From the IMG/VR virus record IMGVR_UViG_3300036820_000013, positions 1-64,000 of that record: a DNA stretch of 64,000 nt. The stretch is one strand, 5' to 3'. Shown here piece by piece: positions 56,013-64,000 of the stretch. How positions within the stretch are numbered: position 1 is the first letter of the stretch; each line of letters opens with the position of its first letter. The position numbers and the translations under genes were made by a program. The notes below the pieces were generated by a model. The model made no database searches and was not told the DNA's origin. It saw nothing but the letters and a program-made list of their open reading frames with translations. This DNA is from a virus.

Positions 56013-59000
56013 TACTCTTCTTCTCCCTGCCTAGGCGGCTTACTCTGCTGAGCTTGCCGACGGGCAGCTCGCAGCTGATGATGACGATCCGATCGCGTCC
56101 GCTTAGCTCGTAGCCAAGCCGAGAGGTGCTGTCCAGAAGGCTTATGCACGACCCTACCAGTCAGCTCAACACGAGGAACCGGTAGCACTCCGGTTAGCTC
56201 ACCAATAGATTCGCAACCGAACATTTCATAGCGCGTCAGCATCATGTCCTGAACACCCAAGTAGATGCTCAGCACACCAACGTGCGTGATAAGACCGTTC
56301 AACGAAACGTCAGCAACCGGCAGCGCAAGGACTAGCGGGCCGCTAATGATCGCCGGAACGTGCGCGACTAGCTCAGTGCTCGGCCCAGGCAAGACGATTG
56401 CAAAGGAACCCGTAATCGTCTGCTGAGCTGTCCCTGTCAAGCTCACCGACAAGGTCGGCAAGCTCACTTCGAACGATCCGCTCTCGCCTACACGAGCCTG
56501 CAACGAGGTCGTTAGCGACGGCAGCACAATCGCAAGCTCGCCCGCTTCAATCTGGTTCCGCTGCCCTGGAGGCAAGACAATAACGAACGCCGCGGTAATA
56601 GTCTGAGGTAGGGTCCCAGCCAGCGAGGTCTGCGGAACCGGCAAGGTAATCGCAAAGGAGCCGAATACTGTGGTAATGCCAGTTAGGCTCGTCGTCGGAA
56701 CCGGCAAAGCAATATTGAATGGTCCGCTCTCAGTATGTTGAGCAGCTCCTGCCAAGCTCGTCTTCAGCACCGGCAGCGTAATCGCAAAGCTACCAAAGAC
56801 CGTTGTCGATCCAGTAAGACTTGTTGACGGAACCGGCAAAGCAATATTGAACGGGCCGCTTTCAGTATGCTGCGCAGTCCCACTCAGACTCGTCGTCGGG
56901 ACTGGCAAGGTAATCGCAAACGGCCCCGACTCGCCGCTACCGACACTTCCGGTTAGCTCCGTCGTCGGGACGGGCAGTACAATATTGAAGCCGCCAAAGA
57001 CTGTCGTCGACCCTATTAGGCTCGTCGTTGGAACCGGCAGTACAATATTGAAGCCGCCGAAAACGGTCGTTGCCCCCTGGAGCGCTGTCGTCAGGGTTGG
57101 CAAGGTAATCGCGAAGGACCCGAAGACCGTCGTCGCGCCTGCTAGGCTCGTAGACAGCGTTGGCAGCGTAATATTAAAGCCACCAAAAACTGTCGTTACG
57201 CCTGTCAGGCTCGTAGACAGTGTCGGCAGCGCAATCACAAAGGGGCCAAATACGGTCGTCGATCCCGCGAGGCTCGTCGTAAGCGTCGGCAAGGTAATAT
57301 TGAAGCTGCCGAACACTGTCGTCGACCCAGCCAGCGTCGTGCGCAGTGTCGGCAAGGTAATGTTGAACGCGCCCGACTCGGTATGCTGCGCAGTACCTGC
57401 TAGGCTCGTCGTCAGGGTGGGCAGAACAATATTGAAGCTGCCAAAGACCGTTGTAGAACCCGTTAGGCTCGTCGTTAGAGTCGGCAATGTGATATTGAAG
57501 CTGCCAGACTCCGTATTAGTAGTCGAGGGTATCAAGCCAGGAGTAACTAGTCCAGGAATAGCTAGCCCAGGCCGCGCAGGCGAGTAGGCCAAAGCTGGGA
57601 CCGCTGCTAGCGTTAGTGACTGCGTATCTGTATTACCGTGAGCGTCAGTGACCTCAACAGTAAACGTGCTAGCAGCGACACTTGAAGGCGTCCCGGAGAT
57701 GATGCCGGTCGAACTAGCCAAGCTCGCCCAACTCGGAAGCGAGCCACTAGAGACGCTCCAAGTATACGGCGACGTGCCACTAGTCGCGCCTAGAGCTACA
57801 GCGTACGCTTCTCCTACACTAGCATTAGACAGGCTCGTTGTCTCAATAACCGGGGGCGTGCCACCGCTCGGCGCCAAGATTTCGACAGCGACGGCCCCGT
57901 AGTCATCAACACTCTGCGTCCAGGTCAAGGTAACCGTGCCGCCGGTAGCCGCGGAGTCAGCTGCCGCAGCGTTGCCCGAAGCGGTCGAGGTGTCGCCAGT
58001 ATAGGTCATACGCGAGGTTCCAGCGGTCCACGTAGTGCCGCCCGAGCCGTTACACAGTCCGGCCGCTACCAGGCCCGCAACGTCTACTGTAGATACCGCA
58101 ATACTACCGGAGGTCTCACTCTCTGCTTGAGCTGTAGCAGGCGTGCCAAACGCACTACCGCCAACGTACGACTCCGACCATCCAATCAGCTTGTCGCTCG
58201 GCGTAACAGAGCACGTAGCGCTAACCGTGTTCGCTCCGCTAGCCGCGCCGGTGATACCATAACAGAAGATGCCGCCTGCATCCACGCCGGAGGCACCCGA
58301 TGCCTCCGACCCTAGTAGGGTCATAGGCGCGCCGCCGTAGGTTACCGTAGTAAAGTCGAAGGTGAACGCTGCATTAGTAGACACGACCAGCCAAACAAGT
58401 ACCGTCCCACCGCCAGTTCCAGCTGTATGCGTCCAGGTAATCGTAGCGGTAGTGCTAGTCTCCGGCGTGGAAGACGGACCTAGGGCATCGAACGTGACAG
58501 CATCAACAGGCATAAACGTCGCTACGACACCCGCATTGATCTCCGACGCGCTAATAGTGGCCGCTAGCGTCGGAGTACCTACAGACGTCGCGATCTGATA
58601 AAAGCCAGTATTAGTATTGTTGCTTGTAAATACCGCGCTGTCGCCCGTAGTCCAACCAGATGTAATACTGGATAGTGTCTGCCCACTATTCGTCCAAGAC
58701 AAGACTCCGTACCATAGCTCGGACGCTTGAGTCGTAGTATCCGGTGAGCCGCAATTCACTGCCGCTGACCCGGCCGAACTGTTTGCGCCTGCGGAACTAT
58801 CTATTGGGCCGCTCTGCCAACCGGTAGAACTGTGCCACTCGTCAATCGTCCAGCCAAAGGAGTGCGAGCCAGTCCAACTCCACGTCCAGCTCGTCTCCCC
58901 TGCCATGCCTGACGTAACGATCAAGTAGTAGATCTGCGACTGCAAGTCCCCAGTGACGGTCTCGGCAGGCCCTGCCTGTATCCATCCGCTAGGAACGGTC

Positions 59001-59143
59001 AAAGTTATATTAGTGCCTATCGTGACAGTGACTACCAACAGGTTACCTGTAGTAACACCACTGCCCAACGTCGCAGCGAAGCTGGCTGCTGTAGTACTCG
59101 TGGTAGTCATACTATCGTGCTGAACGCGCGTTAGCGTAGCCAT
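56012..59143 (-). CDS. Large Ser/Thr-rich virion protein with Ig domain and tandem repeats
   Basis: He_PIG motif; repeats FGSFNITLPTLTTSLAGSTTV. Confidence 0.8.
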   Translation of the reverse strand: MATLTRVQHDSMTTTSTTAASFAATLGSGVTTGNLLVVTVTIGTNITLTVPSGWIQAGPAETVTGDLQSQIYYLIVTSGMAGETSWTWSWTGSHSFGWTIDEWHSSTGWQSGPIDSSAGANSSAGSAAVNCGSPDTTTQASELWYGVLSWTNSGQTLSSITSGWTTGDSAVFTSNNTNTGFYQIATSVGTPTLAATISASEINAGVVATFMPVDAVTFDALGPSSTPETSTTATITWTHTAGTGGGTVLVWLVVSTNAAFTFDFTTVTYGGAPMTLLGSEASGASGVDAGGIFCYGITGAASGANTVSATCSVTPSDKLIGWSESYVGGSAFGTPATAQAESETSGSIAVSTVDVAGLVAAGLCNGSGGTTWTAGTSRMTYTGDTSTASGNAAAADSAATGGTVTLTWTQSVDDYGAVAVEILAPSGGTPPVIETTSLSNASVGEAYAVALGATSGTSPYTWSVSSGSLPSWASLASSTGIISGTPSSVAASTFTVEVTDAHGNTDTQSLTLAAVPALAYSPARPGLAIPGLVTPGLIPSTTNTESGSFNITLPTLTTSLTGSTTVFGSFNIVLPTLTTSLAGTAQHTESGAFNITLPTLRTTLAGSTTVFGSFNITLPTLTTSLAGSTTVFGPFVIALPTLSTSLTGVTTVFGGFNITLPTLSTSLAGATTVFGSFAITLPTLTTALQGATTVFGGFNIVLPVPTTSLIGSTTVFGGFNIVLPVPTTELTGSVGSGESGPFAITLPVPTTSLSGTAQHTESGPFNIALPVPSTSLTGSTTVFGSFAITLPVLKTSLAGAAQHTESGPFNIALPVPTTSLTGITTVFGSFAITLPVPQTSLAGTLPQTITAAFVIVLPPGQRNQIEAGELAIVLPSLTTSLQARVGESGSFEVSLPTLSVSLTGTAQQTITGSFAIVLPGPSTELVAHVPAIISGPLVLALPVADVSLNGLITHVGVLSIYLGVQDMMLTRYEMFGCESIGELTGVLPVPRVELTGRVVHKPSGQHLSAWLRAKRTRSDRHHQLRAARRQAQQSKPPRQGEEE
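56330..57510 (-). repeat. Intragenic 63-72 nt tandem repeats
   Basis: More than 15 copies of a 21-24 aa unit. Confidence 0.85.
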
Positions 59144-59149
59144 AGTACG

Positions 59150-59740
59150 TCAGCCTGACAATCGATAACTGCCGGGCAGCAGTCCAGGGTCTGAGACAGC
59201 AGGAGCCTGAGCGGGGCCTATGACGCCTTGCGCGCGCAGTATCGCTATGTAACGGTGCAGAACCGCAGGACGAGGCTCATAGACGTGGTGATGCGTTACC
59301 TGTCCATGTAGATGACAGACAGTTCCAAGGTGCTGCAACAGGTAGTCGTAAAACCGACGGTCAATACCATGCCAGTCAGGGCCAGCAAATTTGCTGACCG
59401 GCACCAATTGCTGCACTTCAGCGGAGAACTTAGTAACCCCAAATCCTCCAAGAGCCAATGCCGTATGCGGGGCCGGACCGACCCAGTAGGCGTAACCACA
59501 CCATAGCCAGCCGCAGCTCATAAGAGACGGCAGAGTATCGGAGTAGATCTCCTTGTCATGCTCAACAACAATCAGGTCCTCCCCGCCGCCCCAGCGCTTC
59601 TCCAGCTCAGCACCGTACGCCTGCGGCGATCCTGATGTAGTTACCCACTCAACCTCCAGTCCAGAGGCAGGAGCGAACCTCTTCAGGGATGTCTCAGTGC
59701 GAGGGTCCAGCTCATTGTATACGCACATGAGCCGCGTCAT
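59150..59740 (-). CDS. GT-A fold glycosyltransferase-like protein, paralog of 36751
   Basis: LIVVEHD, FGVTKFS, W..ID, HHH. Confidence 0.65.
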   Translation of the reverse strand: MTRLMCVYNELDPRTETSLKRFAPASGLEVEWVTTSGSPQAYGAELEKRWGGGEDLIVVEHDKEIYSDTLPSLMSCGWLWCGYAYWVGPAPHTALALGGFGVTKFSAEVQQLVPVSKFAGPDWHGIDRRFYDYLLQHLGTVCHLHGQVTHHHVYEPRPAVLHRYIAILRAQGVIGPAQAPAVSDPGLLPGSYRLSG

Positions 59741-59741
59741 C

Positions 59742-60683
59742 TCAGGCCGCCCTGTAGATAACCGGAGCCGTAGCAACAATAGTACTACTGGCCGACCCAA
59801 GTTTGCAAGTCAGAACAAGAGGGCCGCTGCCAGACACGGATACGGCGGTGTTGCTTGCCTGCCCATTAGTACCGGTATTGACAGTAGATGCGTTGTTGGC
59901 AGTAGTTGTCAGGCTAGCACCCGTATACCACATGTTCAGGTTAGCCGTAATACTGGTAACGGCTCCGCCAGAGACAACCAAGAACGTCAGCGTGCCGTTC
60001 ACGTCAAAGCTCGATCCGGCAGCCACTGTGGTAATCGTCGCTGCAGCATTAGCAGTCAAGGTAGGAGCTGACGCTATAGTTCCCGTAGCCAAATAGGCCA
60101 ACAACGTACCAGGGCTGCTCGATGACACCCATCCCCACCGCAGCGCCCAGCTCATCCCACGAACAGCACTCGTCCCAGTCGGAGTAGTGAACGTGCCAAA
60201 CGCGATGGCCTCGAAGGTAGCACCCGCTTCGATCTCTACCGCAGCCGGCGTATAGGTAGCAACGACAGTTTCAGTAGTCGTATTCACAGTCACTGGGCTA
60301 GTTACCGCATTAGACGCCTGCTTAAAGTTCCCAAGCGTAAACGGCCCAATCACTTGCTCCCAAGTCGCTCCGGCCGCATGCGTCGCCGTCGACCCATTCA
60401 TTCCACGCTGCACCGACCAGCTAGTGCTACCTCCGCCGCCGACATAGACCAGCACTATCTCGTTGCTAGTATCAGCCGGATCGCGTATGTAAAAATAGTT
60501 GTTCGGCGTAACCGAAGTGCTAGCTGTCTGAAACGATGTGTAGCCTGTGCTCATCGTCCAGGACTCAGTAGTACCTGCAGCTGGAGCGTCCGCAGTAGCA
60601 CTACCTGCATAGCCATTCGTCCCGATAACGCAAGACGAGCAGTTACCGAAGACCTCTACACCGCTTGGGAACACAACGGCCAT
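59742..60683 (-). CDS. Thr/Ser-rich virion protein
   Basis: EIVLV, VQRG..G....H. Confidence 0.7.
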   Translation of the reverse strand: MAVVFPSGVEVFGNCSSCVIGTNGYAGSATADAPAAGTTESWTMSTGYTSFQTASTSVTPNNYFYIRDPADTSNEIVLVYVGGGGSTSWSVQRGMNGSTATHAAGATWEQVIGPFTLGNFKQASNAVTSPVTVNTTTETVVATYTPAAVEIEAGATFEAIAFGTFTTPTGTSAVRGMSWALRWGWVSSSSPGTLLAYLATGTIASAPTLTANAAATITTVAAGSSFDVNGTLTFLVVSGGAVTSITANLNMWYTGASLTTTANNASTVNTGTNGQASNTAVSVSGSGPLVLTCKLGSASSTIVATAPVIYRAA

Positions 60684-60703
60684 GTCACCATGCTCCTAAC
60701 GAG

Positions 60704-61132
60704 TCAGGCAACCGGCCAGGCGATCGAAGGCGTACCGGTGATCGAGACGTTGTCGCCAGACGTAACCGTAGTACTCGACAAGTTCCAGTCCGAAGACAAA
60801 GTCCCGACCAAGCCTTGGATGAGCGCTGCTGCCCCCGAGTTCAAGACACGGAAGTAGTCCGCCGTTCCAGTCGCTACAGCCGTGACACTTACAGTACCGC
60901 CGAAGTCCAACAACAGGATGCCGCCTGTCGGTGCTGTAAATGCGGAAGCGGCCGCGAACGTCCAAGTGGCCAAAAGCGTCCCGATGATCGACTCGTTCGC
61001 ACCTACTGGAGGAGCAGAGCCACTAGCATAGAGCTTAAGGGTGCCTGCCCCGATTGCATCTGCCAGCGAGACGCCGCTATGCTCCAGCAGATCATCGACA
61101 AAGGTCGTACTGAGAGTGATGCCCATAGGCAT
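60704..61132 (-). CDS. Virion structural protein
   Basis: LKLY.G..P, ATGTADYFR. Confidence 0.7.
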   Translation of the reverse strand: MPMGITLSTTFVDDLLEHSGVSLADAIGAGTLKLYASGSAPPVGANESIIGTLLATWTFAAASAFTAPTGGILLLDFGGTVSVTAVATGTADYFRVLNSGAAALIQGLVGTLSSDWNLSSTTVTSGDNVSITGTPSIAWPVA

Positions 61133-61133
61133 G

Positions 61134-61433
61134 TTAGGACTCCTTAGCTGAAGCCTTCTTGACACGGCCCGTAACGGTGACGTAGGTGATGCCGCCCTCA
61201 CCCTTGACCTTGGTGTACGCTGTCTTACTCGGCACGAGACCTGCGGTGCGAGCGTCTTCCTGCCAGTTCTCAACAGCCTTCACCAGCTGCTCATCACTCG
61301 GTGTCGGCGGCCAACAGACGAGCCGATACGTCTGAGAGAACTCCGCCGTGGCAGCAGGCTTAGCTGCTGTCTTCGGATACTGCGTACCCTTACCGACGAG
61401 GCCCGCCTTTGCCTCTTCTTCTTCAGCCATCAT
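61134..61433 (-). CDS. Hypothetical protein
   Basis: GAGGAGG SD. Confidence 0.7.
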   Translation of the reverse strand: MMAEEEEAKAGLVGKGTQYPKTAAKPAATAEFSQTYRLVCWPPTPSDEQLVKAVENWQEDARTAGLVPSKTAYTKVKGEGGITYVTVTGRVKKASAKES

Positions 61434-61453
61434 TCGCCTCCTCAGGCGGTAAG

Positions 61454-61486
61454 GCGGAGCGGCCTGCCGAAATCAGGCCGCTCCGC
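61454..61486 (-). terminator. Hairpin after the capsid gene
   Basis: GCGGAGCGGCCTG/CAGGCCGCTCCGC. Confidence 0.7.
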
Positions 61487-61492
61487 ACCGCT

Positions 61493-62596
61493 CTAGTTGG
61501 TCGTCTCGACCATCGAGAAGGCGAACTCCGTGCCCATCGAGAACGCGCGCCTCATGCGCCCGCGGAGGATGGTCGTGTCGGTGCCGCTGTACATTGGCGG
61601 CACGATCTGGAACTCGGGAGTCCCGGCAGGGTTGTTCGGGTTCGTGGTCCTCTTGCCGGCCAGGAGGTACAGCCGGTTGCAGAACGTGAGAAGCCTGTTG
61701 CCCACCGTTCCCGCAGGCACCGCAGCCGTACCACTGGCTCCTGTGAATGCCGCCGGCGAGCTAGTCGGAGCGGTCGTCACGACCGAACCGAGGCTCCAGA
61801 ACACTGGAACCCGGAAGATCAGGTCCGGGGTTGCGCCCTGGCCGCCACCTGGGAACCCGTTCGAGGACTCCTGGAAGATCGGCCGGTTGTTACCATCCAC
61901 GATCCCGCGCAGCGCCTGCCTGAAGAACGGATGAGCGATGCAGATGATGTCCTCTTCGTTGAAGTAGTCGCCCTGCTCGACCGCTCCCAAAGCCTGCGAC
62001 AGGACAGCATACGTCGGCTGCCCGTTCGTGGATAGCGTTCCAGCCCCACCGGTACCGGCTGAGGTAGCGAACAGGTTTGCGCCTGCCACGTAGCCAGTCC
62101 CGGAAGTCGCCGCTGTGGTCGCAGGCTCGTACGGGTCGCCGTTCTTCAGCCCGTAGTATACCGACGTGGTCTGCGCGTTCGAAGCCCCAGGGCCCGTCTT
62201 GATCCCGATCGACGCGTTGTCGTAGACCTTCGCGAGGGCGGTGCCGATCGCGTTGGACTTCGAGTTGATGATGTCGGCCAGAGAGTCCATGATGTCCTCT
62301 TCGGCGATGTCGATCTCAGTGCCCCACTTGCCGGCGGTCAGCAGCACGGCGTCTTCAACGTTGTCGTTGGAGGTAACATCGTTCTGGCCCGCACCGAAGG
62401 GACCGTAGGTGCCGCCCTTGGCCACTAGTCCGGCCACGACGCCCTGGTCTCGCGACACGTACCGCGAGTTCGAGGTCATCATGATCTCCTGGCCAAAGGT
62501 CTCCACCGCGCTGTGCTGGGTGACCTTCTGGATAACCTGAGCCCCATACTCAACTGGGATCCAGTTACTGAAAGTTGACTGCGGCGCAACTGCCAC
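61493..62596 (-). CDS. Major capsid protein (HK97 fold)
   Basis: IP.E, LTAGK, D.NNRPIF, AF; follows scaffold. Confidence 0.9.
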   Translation of the reverse strand: MAVAPQSTFSNWIPVEYGAQVIQKVTQHSAVETFGQEIMMTSNSRYVSRDQGVVAGLVAKGGTYGPFGAGQNDVTSNDNVEDAVLLTAGKWGTEIDIAEEDIMDSLADIINSKSNAIGTALAKVYDNASIGIKTGPGASNAQTTSVYYGLKNGDPYEPATTAATSGTGYVAGANLFATSAGTGGAGTLSTNGQPTYAVLSQALGAVEQGDYFNEEDIICIAHPFFRQALRGIVDGNNRPIFQESSNGFPGGGQGATPDLIFRVPVFWSLGSVVTTAPTSSPAAFTGASGTAAVPAGTVGNRLLTFCNRLYLLAGKRTTNPNNPAGTPEFQIVPPMYSGTDTTILRGRMRRAFSMGTEFAFSMVETTN

Positions 62597-62641
62597 TGTG
62601 CCACCTTCTCTCTCATGGTCGTCACCCTAACGGTAGCCGAC

Positions 62642-63382
62642 CTATCTTAGTACCATACCCTGGCCTGGAGGCGCAGCCCCCATGACCTGATCGGCCAGCT
62701 GCTGTGCAAAGCCCTTCGGCTTCTGATCGCCGCCGTCCTTGTCCTTCCTACGGCCGTTACCCGACCCGCCATTCACGTTGGGCACGCGAGTACCAGTCGC
62801 AGCAGCGAAGAGATTCGGGAACTCCTCCTTCATCTCTTCAATCTGCTCATCCAGACCGACGAGCTCACCTTCATCGTCCAACTCAACCTTGGCCAGATCG
62901 AGCAGACCAACCAGCTTAGCAGTGCCTTGCTGGACACCTGCGGCTCGTAGCTCGGAAGCCGCCAGAGCCTTAATCAGAGGCGCCTTCACACGCGCCTCCG
63001 CTTCGGCTGCTGCCGTCTCCTTAGCCTCGATGAGCTGCCGCTCCTCAGCTGAAGCGTGCTTCAACCGAAGTTCCTTCAGCTCCTTGTCAGCTGCCCTTCG
63101 CGCCACCCGCTCCGACGCGAGCGCCTTCTTCAGGCCTGCGTTCGGATCGTCGTCGTCGGTCTTCGACTGCTGACTCTTCGCGGCTGACTTCCTAGGCTTC
63201 CCGCCCTGGCCGCTATCCTTCTTGTCGTCAGTAGCGTCGTCCGCGGCGTCGCCCGTTGCGTCGTCTTCGGTCGCATCGCTCGTGTCGTCCTCGGTCGCGT
63301 CGTCAGTGACGTCATCCTGCACGTCATCGGTCGCGTCGTCAGTGACATCGTCGGTAACAGTGTCCCTAGCAGTGCCAGCCAT
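62642..63382 (-). CDS. Capsid scaffolding protein
   Basis: Acidic N-terminus, KAL.SER coiled coil, P.LF. Confidence 0.85.
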   Translation of the reverse strand: MAGTARDTVTDDVTDDATDDVQDDVTDDATEDDTSDATEDDATGDAADDATDDKKDSGQGGKPRKSAAKSQQSKTDDDDPNAGLKKALASERVARRAADKELKELRLKHASAEERQLIEAKETAAAEAEARVKAPLIKALAASELRAAGVQQGTAKLVGLLDLAKVELDDEGELVGLDEQIEEMKEEFPNLFAAATGTRVPNVNGGSGNGRRKDKDGGDQKPKGFAQQLADQVMGAAPPGQGMVLR

Positions 63383-63415
63383 CTCGGCCTCCTTCTGAGA
63401 GCCTAGTCATCTCGT

Positions 63416-64000
63416 CTAGACCTCCTCACTAGTCCCCGGCTCACCGGAACCGTCTCCTGTATCGAAGCCCTGTCCGGATTTCGAGGTTCTGAACTGGATC
63501 GTGACTCCCCACGTATCCAGCTGCTCTGGCGTGTAACCCTGCTCCTCTAGGAGCTGCCGCGGCGGCACGCCGAGCTGATCCTTAATTGCCTGCCCTTGCA
63601 GAGTAGCCAGGTCGTTGACAGTCGCTGCCGGAACCCAATGCACCTGCACCTTGGCAGGCTTCGCTTGGCCCTTTAGCTTCAGAACAAACCTGAATATGTC
63701 CCGCCAGGTCGCACCAAACGACATTTGGCGGTTGCGCACCTTCTTCGCAAAGGGCGCTTCGATTACTCGCAAGGACTCACCCGACACATTTGACACGATT
63801 GGATCGAGGAAATGCATCGGAGTCTGTGTGATCACTGCCATCGAGTGTACGTACTGCGTGAATGGCGTCAGGAACGCGGTCGGGTCGCCGACTGGGAACT
63901 GCCCATAGGACGTAATGCCCTTCATGAACCAGACCGAAGCAGGGTCGGCTGTCAGCTGCGACTTGGGGTCCATGCCCTGGTCGAGCGTAGCTCCAGTATC
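63416..64000 (-). CDS. Portal protein, C-terminal part (runs off the window)
   Basis: TQTP.H, SGESLR, FG..W; SPP1-like actinophage portal. Confidence 0.8.
   Translation of the reverse strand, partial: DTGATLDQGMDPKSQLTADPASVWFMKGITSYGQFPVGDPTAFLTPFTQYVHSMAVITQTPMHFLDPIVSNVSGESLRVIEAPFAKKVRNRQMSFGATWRDIFRFVLKLKGQAKPAKVQVHWVPAATVNDLATLQGQAIKDQLGVPPRQLLEEQGYTPEQLDTWGVTIQFRTSKSGQGFDTGDGSGEPGTSEEV

Noticed and set aside
1-64000. Amber stop-codon reassignment, suggested by frequent TAG/CTAG
   Set aside because: Conserved genes are full length in the standard code and often end at TAG just before the next start
1-64000. Integrase, repressor, transposon or intron/intein
   Set aside because: No recombinase, transposase, homing-endonuclease or intein motifs were recognised; they could lie outside the window

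Overview
About 64 kb of a GC-rich, long-tailed (siphovirus-type) actinobacteriophage genome, arranged as two convergent arms. The + strand (1-34.7 kb) holds many small early genes, host-interaction genes (SsgA-like, VIT1/CCC1, secreted GH12 glucanase, secreted Ig/FN3 protein, permuted NlpC/P60) and a replication/recombination set (SNF2 helicase, Cas4/AddB-like nuclease, Sak4-like ATPase, SSB, UDG-PolA fusion). It also holds a 7-deazaguanine DNA-modification pathway (queE, queD, folE, DpdA/TGT-like gene) with no queC in the window, plus a GT4 glycosyltransferase and methyltransferases. The - strand (64-34.8 kb) runs from the portal C-terminus through scaffold, capsid, neck and tail genes (-1 frameshift chaperone, tape measure) to lysis genes. 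It is interrupted by two GT-A glycosyltransferases, a papain-like protease plus nucleoside phosphorylase insert, and a KcsA-like mini channel. The non-coding DNA is unusually rich: seven promoters with fixed spacing, five hairpins sharing a YGYCCAG loop, a ~430-nt structured RNA region carrying the complement of that loop and a D-armless tRNA-like fold, and other covarying RNA motifs. No integrase, CRISPR array or rRNA was seen. All calls come from reading motifs by eye; no database searches were run.
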